In this document: positions 48,401 to 60,080 of the stretch, one piece after another
Numbering within the stretch: the first letter of the stretch is position 1
How the letters are laid out: every line of letters starts with the position of its first letter
Program-made: the position numbers and the translations under genes
From: Haliotis rubra
Lineage: Eukaryota
Direction: 5' to 3'
Assembly: GCF_003918875.1 (NCBI RefSeq)
Contig: NW_025764992.1
Location: 434,001 to 498,000 of the forward strand
DNA length: 64,000 bases
Notes under the pieces: generated by a model
The model's input: only the letters and a program-made list of their open reading frames with translations
Database searches by the model: none
What the model was told of the DNA's origin: nothing

Positions 48401-50185
48401 CAGGGTATTGTTGGGCCAGTGCTATAACAGGGTATTGCTGTACCTGTGCTATAACATGGTATTGTTGGACCAGTGCTATAACAGGGTATTGTTGGGCCAG
48501 TGCTATAACAGGGTATTGTTGGGCCAGTGTTATGGCAGGGTATTGTTGGGCCAGTGCTATGACAGGGTATTGTTGGGCCAGTGCTATAACAGGGTATTGT
48601 TGGGCCAGTGCTATAACAGGGTATTGTTGGGCCAGTGCTATGACAGGGTATTGTTGGGCCAGTGCTATGACAGGGTATTGTTGGGCCAGTGCTATGACAG
48701 GGTATTGTTGGGCCAGTGCTATAACAGGGTATTGTTGGGCCAGTGCTATATGGCAGGGCATTATTGTTGGACCAGTGCTATGACAGGGTATTGCTGGGCC
48801 AGTATTGTTGGACCTGTGCTATAACAGGGTATTGTTGGGCCAGTGCTATAACAGGGTATTGTTGGGCCAGTGCTATGACAGGGTATTGTTGGACCTGTGC
48901 TACAACAGGGTATTGTTGGGCCAGTGCTATAACAGGGTATTTTTGGGCCAGTGCTATGACAGAGTGTTGTTGGGCCAGTGCTACAACAGGGTATTGTTGG
49001 GCCAGTGCTATAACAGGGTATTGTTGGGTAAGTGCTATAACAGGGTGTTGTTGGACCTGTGCTATAACAGGGTATTGTTGGGCCAGTGCTATAACAGGGT
49101 ATTGTTGGACATGTGCTATAGCAGTATTGTTAGACCTGTGCTATAACAGGGTATTGTTGGACCTGTGCTATAGCAGTATTGTTAGACCTGTGCTATAACA
49201 GGGTATTGTTGAACCTGTGCTATAGCAGTATTGTTGGACCTGTGCTATAACAGGGTATTGTTGGGCCAGTGCTATAACAGGGTATTCTTTGGTCAGTGCT
49301 ATGACAGGGTATTGTTGGACCAGTGCTATAACAGTATTTTTAGTACCTGTGCTATAACAAGGTATTGTTAGCTATAGCAGTATTGTTGGACCTGTGCTAT
49401 AACAGGGTATTGTTAGTTCATAACAGGGTATTGTTGGGCTGTGCTATAACAGGGCATTATTGTTGGGCCAGGGTGCTAGTGCTAACAGGGTATTGTTGGT
49501 TGGGCCAGTGCTATTACAGCCAGGTACGACAGGGTTGCTGTGAGGGTATTGTTGGGTAATGCTATAACAGGGTATTGTTGGGCCAGTGCTATAACAGGGT
49601 ACTGTTGGACCTGTGCTATAGCAGTATTGTTGGACCTGTGCTATAACAGGGTATTGTTAGTTCTGTGCTATAACAGGGTATTGTTGAGCCAGTGCTATGA
49701 CAGGGTATTGCTCGACGTATGCTATAACAGGGTATTGTTGGACCTGTGCTATAACAGGGTATTGTTGGGCCAGTGCTATAACAGGGTATTGTTGGGCCAT
49801 TGCTGTAACAGGGTATTGTTGCGCCAGTGCTATAACAGGGTATTGTTGGGCCAGTGCTATAACAGGGTATTGTTGGGCCATTGCTATAACAGGGTATTGT
49901 TGCGCCAGTGCTATAACAGGGTATTGTTGGGCCAGTGCTATAACAGGGTATTGTTGAACCAGTGCTATAACAGGGTATTGTTGGACCTGTGCTATAACAG
50001 GGTATTGTTGGGTCAGTGCTATAACAGGGTATTGTTGGGCCAGTGCTATAACAGGGTATTGTTGGGCCAGTGCTATAACAGGGTATTGTTGGGCCAGTGC
50101 TATAACAGGGTATTGTTGGGCCAGTGCTATAACAGGGTATTGCTGGACGTATGCTATAACAGGGTGTTGTTGGGTCTGTGCCAGG
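45405..50185. repeat. ~4.8-kb 27/25-bp minisatellite between genes 4 and 3
   Basis: Units CAGTGCTATAACAGGGTATTGTTGGGC and CTGTGCTATAGCAGTATTGTTGGAC. Confidence 0.97.
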
Positions 50186-50399
50186 ACAGTGTACATAACG
50201 ACTGGATATTTTAGAGGTATTTTAGGACCGGCGATGTAGCAGGGTATTGTGTGACCGATGCTCATTTTATTGATCTTTAATATGATGATTAATTGTTCCC
50301 GTCACGATATGGCTGAAATATTGCCGACGTAAAGATAAATGCTAAATTTGGACTCCTGTCCAAATAATCAGGTAAAGTCATGTTAAAAAATGTAGATAT

Positions 50400-50405
50400 T
50401 TTATT
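50400..50405 (-). terminator. Candidate polyadenylation signal for gene 4
   Basis: AATAAA on the - strand ~110 nt after the stop codon. Confidence 0.4.
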
Positions 50406-50512
50406 AAAATATTGTTGCGTGGAGTATAGTGAAGACTAGCTCACACCAGTAATGATCCTTTACGTGTCTTATAAGTCACTAAAATGAATCAACAGAATCA
50501 TTCAAGGAACAG

Positions 50513-50724
50513 TCAGTCCCAACCAGTGTTTCCCATACAGGAAGATACGACCAGGAGCAGGATCGTCGCCGTCGTAGTCGCTGAACGTGGTGCGGGGCGG
50601 GCAACGTCACTGACGGGGCAGTCACACTCAGGCTTCTCCCGGAAGCTGATCCGCCCTTCCAGCCCGTGGGTAAGAGGGGATACACGTTGTATGTATTCGA
50701 GGAGAACGTATGTGTCCACATCGC
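50513..50724 (-). CDS. NT5E: Gene 4 exon 9 (terminal)
   Basis: DVDTYVLLEY...LEGRISF...TATILLLVVSSCMGNTGWD*. Confidence 0.9.
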
Positions 50725-53700
50725 CTGCAATAACAACAACGTCAGCTGATGAATCTGTAGATGAGGCAACAGAAGCTGCTCACACACAAACAATACATAC
50801 AAACAAGATATATATATACCCATGTGTCACTAAGCTGCTCATCATGTCAATTATCTGCCATGGGTCAGACCGCAAGGGTTATTCCTGTTTAGATGCTCTT
50901 CACTAGCTACACGGCAACTATTGTGAATCCATGCAGCTAAGATCTCTTTGTGTAAGCTGTCCCTCTGTTCCCGTTCTACAAAGATATCACAGAGCTACGA
51001 CTATCGTAAGCCAATGCTAACGTATGGGTGTTACAATCAACTTAGAGCTAATTCGCTCTGTGGAGCTGGGTCCTCGACGCTTTGATCAGTATCACAAAGC
51101 AACATAGAAACTTCATTATTGTGAAACTATGATCAGTAGAACAAACTAGAAAACTAGTAGAAAAAATGCAAACGTTTTTATCATTTTAAATAAAACATCA
51201 AAATATATCATATAGACAACCCATGAAGATCCGTGTTAGTACTTGTATTCAGTAACCCATGCTTGTCGTAAGAGGCGACTAACGGGATCGTGTGGTCAGT
51301 TTCGCTCACGTAGTAGACACATGCTATTGTATCCCAATTGCGTAGATCGACGCTCATAATGGTAATCACTGGATTTTCTGGTCCAGACTCGATTACTTAC
51401 AGACTGCCGCCATATAGCTGGAATATTGCTGAGTGCAGCGTTAAACAACAAACAAACAAATATCATATATGCATATACTAAGTACAGTAAACGACTGTAC
51501 CTCCGCTGTTCCCTGTTGGTGCTGTATTAAGCCTACTCAAAGACCACAATTATAATATGTCCGTGTCACATCACACACTTACCAAGCAGATGATGTTTGA
51601 TCTTGTTTTTGTTGATGACGTCATATCCGTCGCCGCCATTGGCAGTGAAAGAGGACATCACGATCTTGTATACTTCGGTATCGTCGAGATCCACGTAATG
51701 GGGCACGGTGCAGTTGGTGCATGTGACCTTGACCTCTACTACCCTTTGACCTTCTGGCATCGTCATGTCGTACACGACTTTCATACCTGGTTAGAAGGAA
51801 AACCTCTTACAGTGCCTTTATAGTGTCCAACTTACGATTAGAAAAAGCAAGTATACCAGTCGGGACATGTGAGGAGTTCAGATCTAATCGCGAGAACGTT
51901 TGCAAAAACAAAGTAATTGCGTGAGTTTACTTTTACGCCGCTTTTAGCAATATTACAGCAATATTACGGCGGGGGGAGACCAGAAATGGGTTTCACATAT
52001 TGTACCCATGTAGGGGAATCGAACCCGGGGCTTCGGGGTGACGCCCCCTACCAAAACAAAGACGCACGGTGGTATTGATATTCGAGTTTTGCCGCTATAC
52101 ATTTGCTTGGGTATTTCTGGGAGCATGGGCACTGTGGTACTACGTGATACGGTGTTCTGAGATGTGTCTCTTGGGCGTACCAGAAACCTATCATCGTGGG
52201 TTGGAATATCAGATTTATGTTTTAAGGTTAGCCAGCGCCATGCCTGTGTAGAGGTGGGTGTTTCGTGTTAGCTGTACCTCTTCGGGCTGTCCTCCCTCAT
52301 AAGACTAACCCGCTCAATCAGTACCAGGTCAGTCCCCTAAGCTTGGTACGTTTGCTATAGGTTGACGTACCCGACATCTGTAGGAAGCCCCCGAACAATT
52401 TCCCTGTCTCCGCCCACTTGGACGCCCCAAACTCCAGTGTCTCCCGGACATGTCTCCCAAGCAGCTCCACGATGTCGACGGTGTTCCGGAACGGTAGGAC
52501 GGTGGTGACATCGCCGAAAGTGACTTCACCTAAATACACGTGAACAGTCACATTACCCTAATGGTCCTGTGCATCGAGCATGTGCAATAATCTTAAACCC
52601 GAGGGAAAGCCCTCCCCTCAAAGAACCTTGTTCTGGATGCCAGACAAATAGCTATACGTGACCTGGGGCCTCTTTCACGAAGCAACATTTACTAAGGTTA
52701 ACCTTAACTCCAATTCTTTAACATTGCACTAAGGTTACCTTAGTGACTTACGATCACCTTAATGCTTTCTGAAAGGAGGCCCAGGCTAAAACTGCGGCCT
52801 AAATAAACGTTTCCAGAAGAACAACAGCTTTGTGGTTATAAGTGGTTATAATACAGGCTGTATGTAAAACCCTTTGATACACTTTGATGACTGTGACTGT
52901 CTGGTTTTATAGAAGCATTATCCAACCATTGTTCTGTGCTGCATTATATATCATTGGTAGACCAATACGTCGTTTCACACATACCTATGTGGTATAATGT
53001 AAGGAATTGTATGTAATAGTGCTGAATGAATTACCTCTCTGTAAAGATGCACGGATTCCACCCCCGTTCATAAAGGCGATGGCCACGTGGTTCCATTCCA
53101 GGGAGTCGCTGTGCTTCAGGTTCTGGTGCACCATTGCATCGGCATACAGGTTACCTGAGAAAAGGCCGACGTTTATACCAGCCTATGTTTCTCATCTCCC
53201 GCCCACCCAAAGTTTCATTATGACATAATATAATATTAACAAGAAAATGTTTTCTTGTCGCCCACCTCCCGCTGTTGAAATCTATTTAAAATACCCTTAC
53301 CCTTGCATACTTGTGAAAACCAAGTCAACTAGATCTTTCTTAATCCATGCGTAGTAACAATAGTGGGCAATGGCATACAGCACCGGAGACTGAAAGCATT
53401 ATAGAAAAGGCGAAACAAGGGGAGGGGGTGGGGTATGGGGAGCATAAGAAGATGAGACATTTGTTTCTTCTCTTCTGATGTCAATTACATGCACGCCCCT
53501 TTTACTGTGATGAGGCACCACATCCCAGTCTCATAGTGTCATCTCACACGTCTTACCTAAGTTACATTCTCTGACTCTGCAGGATGACCGTTCTCCGTCC
53601 AGCAACACTTGGCTTCTCGCGACCACCTGACCCATCTCGTCGGCCACGCCTTCTCTGTAGGGACGCATCACCTCCAAGGTCGCTTCATCTAGATACAGGA

Positions 53701-56700
53701 ACGGAGGCATCAGTTTCATGTTCATGTTACATGACCTCCCTAGACAGTGATATTGGTCTTAATGTGTTCTGTTGTTCTCTAAACAGTGATTAGTGAGTAT
53801 GGTTTTACGCCGCTTTTAGGAATATTCCGGCAACCTATGATACCAAGCTGTGTGGGTGCTGTTGTATTTCATTTAATACATTTTGTATGCAACAATAATC
53901 CTTTATATGATATATTTTGTAAAACTTTTTCTCTGTAAACTACAGATATGGGAACTTTTTGGGTACTAGTGAGGCACCTCATCGCCAGGACACGACGTCA
54001 GCTACTGTGGCTTCCACAAAACATGTAGTCTGGATCACGTATTTTTTGCACTACTCCGACATGGACACTGGCACGGCTCACATGGCGGTAAGCTATGAAT
54101 GAGTGAGTTGGGTTTTACGCCGCCTGTAGCAATATCCCAGCCACATCACGGCAGGGGACACCAGAAATGGGCTTCACACATTGTACCCGTGTGGGGAATC
54201 AAACCCGGGCCTTTGGTGTGACGAGCGAACGCTTTAACCACTCGCCCATTTATAAATAATGTGTCTATATTATAGCATAACAGTCACTGGCCACTTGATG
54301 TACAGTGTAGGGGGTGGTGTGTGTTTGATAAAATAGAATCAGGAACGGAAACCGACATGATTAAATTACCGCACTTTGTACCCATGTTGGGATTCGAACT
54401 CGGGTCTTCGGCGTGACGAGCCAACGCTTTACCCACCAGGCTACCTCCCCCCTCCCTCCCTCCACCCCCACCCCCAGCTATGAAAACACACAACACCTTT
54501 AAAAACTTCTAAAAAGATATTCATACCATTTTCAAACATAATTTCCGTTTTACATCGAAAGGAATTCGAGGATAGTCATGACGCGGCATTCTTTTACACT
54601 GGCGATGTATTATGTCAGATAGTTCATAGATACTTCTTGAACTGAAACCATAAAACAAATGTTGTAGTACATCTGTAGTACATCTTTTTGACCCCTTTCA
54701 GTGGTGTGACACCACAAACTTTCTTTTCAAAGCTCTCGGAAATCCGTTCTTTGACACTGTGTGTGTGCTTTATTATTAATAGTGAGTGAGTGAGTTTAGT
54801 GTTACGCTGCTTTTAGCAATATATTATTGGTTTATTTTTAAAAGAATGTATAGATCTATCATGTGAATAATGTATATGTAAATGGATGTGCATGTATTTA
54901 TGTATAACTTGTTAGAAAGGCATTTAGAACTTTGAGCTCTAAGGATGGATAACAATACATGGATGGACAACTTTTTTTATTCAGTGAGAGCGACGTAGGT
55001 TCTACTACCATTATCAACCAACACCGAAACGTCGCTCTCAGTGAATAACAGAAGTTGTTCATCCATACATTGTTATCCAGCCTTATGTATGTATGTCTTA
55101 TATGTATTAGTTGTATATACTTTCTCAGCACTGTAAATATATTTTGTACTTTAAGATACAGTTAACTTCTTTTGGCTGTGTGAAGGTTTCTTTAGATTTG
55201 AAACGTTCTATCCATGACCATAAACATATCGGTAACGCACAGAATATATTTATAACCGACAAGTTCTGAGGCATAGGCTGTCATAACTGTCAAGTACGTG
55301 TCATAACTGATCTACCGTGTATATAGAAGATCCGTTTATGTATTTTCAGAACTGATTGGCGGACCACCTACACTGTCGGTTTGTTGAGCCTCAAGCATAT
55401 CTCGTATAAAGTTTATTACCTTATGTCGCACGCTTTATCTTAGTCATTAGAGAGCCATAACTAGCAATATAAGGTTTATTACTTTTTGTCTAAAGCTTTA
55501 TGGCAGTCATGCATTGTTTTTACATAGTCATGACTTGCAGATTTAATATTCTAGTAGCCCATACACTAGAGACGGTTTACGACATAAGTGTCACAGTTTC
55601 ACACTGACATCTACAAACAGGACCTCGGCGAGGGAGGAGGTTGAAGGTCTAGAACCGGGAAAGCTTAGTCGGAGGATTAAGTGGTCAAGTGTACCTACCG
55701 TTTCATGATATAATTGTACCATTTACACTGACATCTATATATAGGAAGTCAGCTGGGGAGGAGGTTGAATTGCTAGTACAGGGTGTCGGAAGATTATCTA
55801 AGTGAGGTCAACCGTTTTCTGATATACTAAAAAAATGTACAATGACATAAATATGAGCTCGCTCACTTTTGGTATTTTTCGCTTATGGAGATACACATTA
55901 TCAACAGCTTTACCTTCGAAACGATTAGGAATATTTCAATCTTACACCTAAATGAATTACAAAGATCACTGAATAGGCAACCGGCATTTGTCGCCAGAGG
56001 TCACTCGCGGGATCTGGTGGTATCCCAATCGATGACAATCAAAGGATTGTCTGGTGCAGACTACTGTACGCCCTCATATAGCTTGAATGATGCTGAGGGC
56101 GGCGTAAAACAACAAAACAATTCAGTGATTATTCACCATGGCCTTAAATACACTGGAAATATGTCTACCAATAAGCCGTTTACACTGAAAATGGCATTAC
56201 AAGTGATGCGCCCTTTACATCAAAAGCGAAACCCTTCATACATTGAATTGTAAATAATATACTGAACTATAATAATATACGAGACTGACTAACGCCAGCT
56301 GATATGCTACATAGGAGATCTAGTTCTCGCCGTGCTGTTTAGAATTTCGGATATGCTAGTTTGCTCAGAACCTGTTGTCAGATAAATATATGAAGACCAG
56401 AACCCTACAATTGTTATTGTCCATTTGCAACCCCTCCCCCCTCTCCTATCACGAGGAGCAGATCACACAGCGTCACATCAACCGGTTCTACTCTCCAATA
56501 TAGCTTCTCCAATGTATGTCACCCACCTTGTGCTGTGTTGTTGTCTAGTAGGATTGGGTTACCTCCCCATGAAGTGATGACTCCTTCCGGGTCAAAAGTC
56601 ACTTCCAGAGCTCCTAAATACTTCCCGTAGGCATAGTCCTGCACCACCAGCACCTTGGCCCCTCCCGACTGGGTCACCACGTGGGGATACTCTCCTACCG

Positions 56701-59383
56701 GTTCCTCGTTGGACGGATGGTCGCCTGCAAAAAGGACAATCCATGACTGGTGTGGCTTTTTGCATGTTGGCAAAATGCAGTTGAACCTGATCAAAACATT
56801 CAATAGCATACTCAGTTGCAGTTTATATGGGTGAGTTTGCTCAGAAAGCAGCTTCCGTCGGGCTCAGTGTACGAGCATGACATACACAGCTGACCATATG
56901 TTTTGTTGGGTAAGTATCCGAGCTGAACGGTGATTGCGTTTACGCATCTTGTGGGTTGGTATGTGCTTGTCTCACCTGTGTAAAGGAATGTATTGGTGTG
57001 ACCTCCGACAACTACATCCAGGTTGTTGACCTCTGCTGCAATTTTCTTGTCAACATCAAATCCCGAGTGACCAACAGCAATGATCTTGTCGATGCCCTGT
57101 GACGTCAGGATGTCAGCCTCTCTCTGGACTGCTGCAATCTCATCTTCAAATTTGAGGTTTTGACCTGGAATGAATAGGATACCATCAGAAGATTATCATT
57201 ATAATAAGTATCTTCAAGTGTTGAGTGTTTGAAAGGGTCCCTTTACCTCTCGTTACTGTTGCCTGGTCAAACATAGGTCAAACTTACCTGGAACAGAAAT
57301 TACCGGTGTCTCTTTGGAAGTGTATCCGATGACCCCGATACGTTCACCATTGACAGTCAACACCGTGTGTTTCACTATCTTGCTATTAACCCTTGGCTCG
57401 GTAGTAGCGTCGATGTTGGCGCTGACCACGGGGAAATTAACGTCGTTGAGTAAGGGCATCAATCCGTCGATACCAAGGTCAAACTCGTGATTACCCAGCG
57501 TCTGGAAGGGCAGAGAGAGAATAGAAGCAAAATACATCGTAAATAGACCTTTTCGTGAACTTTGCAACTGCTTAAGAGATTGCGATTTTATTGTAATTAC
57601 CGAGAAGCACGGGCATGTCGTGTGCGTACAATCACGTGCGTGCGTGCGCGTGCGTGTGTGTTGTTGGCGGACTAGGTACTGAGGAAAGCAGTGAGTGCTG
57701 AGAACAAACAGTAGACAACAAGATATATATATATATAGGGGACAATAGGACGAGGGGACTATTCTGCCAGCAAGGAATCGGAGGCAAGCAATGAAGTCAA
57801 CAGGGCGATCCGGGTTACAATTGGTCTTCAGTAAACCATGCAGGTCGTAAGAGGCGACTAACGGGATCGGGGACTTGGTTGACACATGTCATCGTATCCC
57901 AATTGTGTAGATCGATGCTCATACTGTTGATACAGACCGCCACCATCTAGCTGGAATATTGCTGAGTACGGCGTTAAACCACAACCCATCCTTAAAGAGT
58001 AATAGGGACTAAGCAAGCAGGAGTAACACAGAAGGGAACAGGTCAAAATGGCCACACGTCAAAACGGCCACACAAAAACGTCAAAATGGCCACAACCCGC
58101 AGTCAAAATGGCCATAGCAAAAAGTCAAAATGGCCATAGCAAAAAGTCAAAATGGCCATAGCAAAAAGTCAAAATGGCCATAGCAAAAAAGTCAAAATGG
58201 CCATAGAAAAAGTTAAAATGGCCAGAGAAAAGGTCTAACTGGCCATAGAAAAATCAAACTGGCCATAGAAAATGTCAAACTGGCCATAGAAAAAGTCAAA
58301 CTGGCCACACATTATTTTTTATATTTTTTAATATGCCTAACATTTGTATTATCGGGATATTTTGTGGTCATTTTGTCGTGTGGCCATTTTGACTAGGACC
58401 CATACGGAAAAGCAATAGTTACATAGCACTGGCAATAGAAGGAAGGACAAGCAACGGGAGATGCACATACTGACATGTAATAAGTACACGCAATATACAC
58501 TTATCTCTAGCAGGTGCACTAAATATAGAACGTCAACGTAGATTTCTTATGGGTGTGCAAAGGTTTCTGTCGGTATTATATATCATCATTACATAATCTT
58601 CTAAAGGATGCCTCAGTTTGCTCTGGTGAGAGTTGTGTTTTAAAAGTCGACAGGTCCACTCCACCGTCTCCAAGAGCTACGTTTATGTCGTTTGGTTGTG
58701 AACTATAGCGGAGACACTGTCGAGTCCTCCTCCCCTCTGACTTTTGTCATTTATACCTACCAACTAGATAGTGCTTTCTGTGGGAATAGGTCACGTCTAT
58801 AAACCACATCTACAAACTCCAAGTGCAGTGTTGCGCATAGTCAAGAGTGGGGACCATTGTTTAGTATATACGCCTGCCTGTTAGGACATGCTCGTTGAAA
58901 TAACAACATTCTTGAAGACATTGGCGTTGGAATGTGACTCCAGCGTAAAACTGCATGGTGAATGCAAACAAAGCACGCACATTTCAACAACGTGTTATCA
59001 AAAAGGTTTAGAAATGTTCTAACAAATAGATGTTACATTGCAACAGGTTACTATACTCACCATGACGTCATACTGCAACAGGTTCATGAATCTGGCCACA
59101 ACGGCACCGCGGTACTTGTAGAACCACAACGTCCCCGAATACTCGTCCCCTGCAGACAGGAGGATGGTGTTGGGGTGGAGGGCACGCTGTTCTCGGACTT
59201 TGGTCACCTGTCGCGCTGTCCCACCAAAACATTTCCCCTCTGCCACATCGTCGACCCGACACTGACCGCTGTACTTGTTGGTCTGCTCGAATCTTGCGTG
59301 GATGTCGTTGGTGTGGAGGATGGTGAGGTTGAAGCTGACGACCACAGCAGGAAGGAGATCATAAGCAGAGGCCCCAGGAGCAT
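50513..59383 (-). CDS. NT5E: Gene 4: ecto-5'-nucleotidase (CD73-like), 9 exons; -1 frameshift in signal-peptide codons as assembled
   Basis: Exons 59383-59061, 57501-57288, 57164-56976, 56724-56527, 53688-53557, 53154-53035, 52529-52371, 51786-51583, 50724-50513. Canonical NGGGIR, LPF and NGGDGY motifs. Confidence 0.9.
51215..51460 (+). mobile_element. SINE-like family B, full length
   Basis: ACCCATGAAGATCCG...; (AAAC)n tail; TATCATATA flanks. Confidence 0.85.
51583..51786 (-). CDS. NT5E: Gene 4 exon 8 (204 nt)
   Basis: VYDMTMPEGQRV...SSFTANGGDGY. Confidence 0.92.
51921..52048 (-). mobile_element. SINE family A, truncated
   Basis: Body and tail match. Confidence 0.8.
52371..52529 (-). CDS. 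NT5E: Gene 4 exon 7 (159 nt)
   Basis: EVTFGDVTTVLPFRNT...GGFLQMS. Confidence 0.92.
52666..52781. mobile_element. Short foldback MITE (CTG/CAG flanks)
   Basis: GGGCCTCTTTC...GAAAGGAGGCCC. Confidence 0.6.
53035..53154 (-). CDS. NT5E: Gene 4 exon 6 (120 nt)
   Basis: NLYADAMV...AFMNGGGIRASLQR. Confidence 0.9.
53557..53688 (-). CDS. NT5E: Gene 4 exon 5 (132 nt)
   Basis: EATLEVMRPY...LDGERSSCRVRECNL. Confidence 0.92.
54097..54452 (-). mobile_element. Two SINE family A fragments
   Basis: 54097-54247 and 54372-54452. Confidence 0.8.
56527..56724 (-). CDS. NT5E: Gene 4 exon 4 (198 nt)
   Basis: DHPSNEEPVGEYP...VVQDYAYGKYLG. Confidence 0.92.
56976..57164 (-). CDS. NT5E: Gene 4 exon 3 (189 nt)
   Basis: QNLKFEDEI...AVGHSGFDVD...GGHTNTFLYT (hand-translated). 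Confidence 0.9.
57288..57501 (-). CDS. NT5E: Gene 4 exon 2 (214 nt)
   Basis: TLGNHEFDLGIDGL...GYTSKETPVISVP. Confidence 0.92.
57805..57990 (+). mobile_element. SINE-like family B with deletions
   Basis: GATCCGGGTTACAATTGGTCTTCAG...GTCGTAAGAGGCGACTAACGGG. Confidence 0.8.
58034..58400. mobile_element. MITE with subterminal ~20-bp tandem repeats
   Basis: GGGAACAGGTCAAAATGGCCACAC / GTGGCCATTTTGACTAGGACCC ends; about 13 copies of GTCAAAATGGCCA. Confidence 0.7.
59061..59383 (-). CDS. NT5E: Gene 4 exon 1 (323 nt, 1-bp deletion at ~59350)
   Basis: MLLGPLLMISF, frame change, AVVVSFNLTILHTNDIH...YDVM; GTGAG donor. Confidence 0.88.
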
Positions 59384-59434
59384 GTCGTATGTATTACGTA
59401 AGCCGGTGGCGTGAAGTTGTTGGGAGATGTTGTA

Positions 59435-59512
59435 GGTGAAGCTGCAACGTGAAGTTGAAATGTGAAGCTGCAACGTGAAGATGCAACGTGAAGCTGCAAT
59501 GTGAAGCTGCAA
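59435..59512. repeat. 13-bp tandem repeat just upstream of the gene 4 ATG
   Basis: GTGAAGCTGCAAC, about 6 copies. Confidence 0.8.
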
Positions 59513-59950
59513 TGTCTCTGGCTATTTACTCCGACTGTTACTGAGGCGGAGAGAATGTACACGCCACACACACCACTTGTTGACTGGTTCTGTATGGGGT
59601 GTTTGTGGCTTGATTAGCGGCCACTTTCTCACACACAACCGGCTCCTCTCCACTGAATCAGCGGACATGGTTAGTGATTTCTAGGCTCGGGTCATTCAAG
59701 CGTGTGTTTATTGTGCTGTTCTTTTTAAGCCAGATCAGATAAAGCCGTCAATTCAAATGAAGTGCTTCAACGAGGAGCACTTTAGAGAATTATCATTCAA
59801 GGAACCTGCTGACCCGGTTTTAGGAAACGAGTCTTTTGTTACAGACATCTGGGGGGCATACGATTGATGTGTTCCTTACGACTTTAGTACAGAAATTGGT
59901 TAGCTTTGAAACGACCAAACCACTAGCTTCTAGATAGCCAGAACGCAATG

Positions 59951-60080
59951 TATACTCATGCCAATAATGGTTGTCACCCCCTTCAATTTTTTTAATTGGA
60001 GAGGGGGTCCGGGGTGGGTGTGAGGTGTGTGTGGGGTTTTGGTGGGGAGGGGGGTGACAACCATTATTGGCATGAGTATA
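59951..60080. mobile_element. Short MITE with ~30-bp TIRs
   Basis: TATACTCATGCCAATAATGGTTGTCACCCCC / GGGGGTGACAACCATTATTGGCATGAGTATA. Confidence 0.85.

Noticed and set aside
46176-50265. Cys-rich repeat ORFs (GQCYNRVLL)n
   Set aside because: Open in several frames and both strands of a 27-bp minisatellite, and broken by 25-bp variants.
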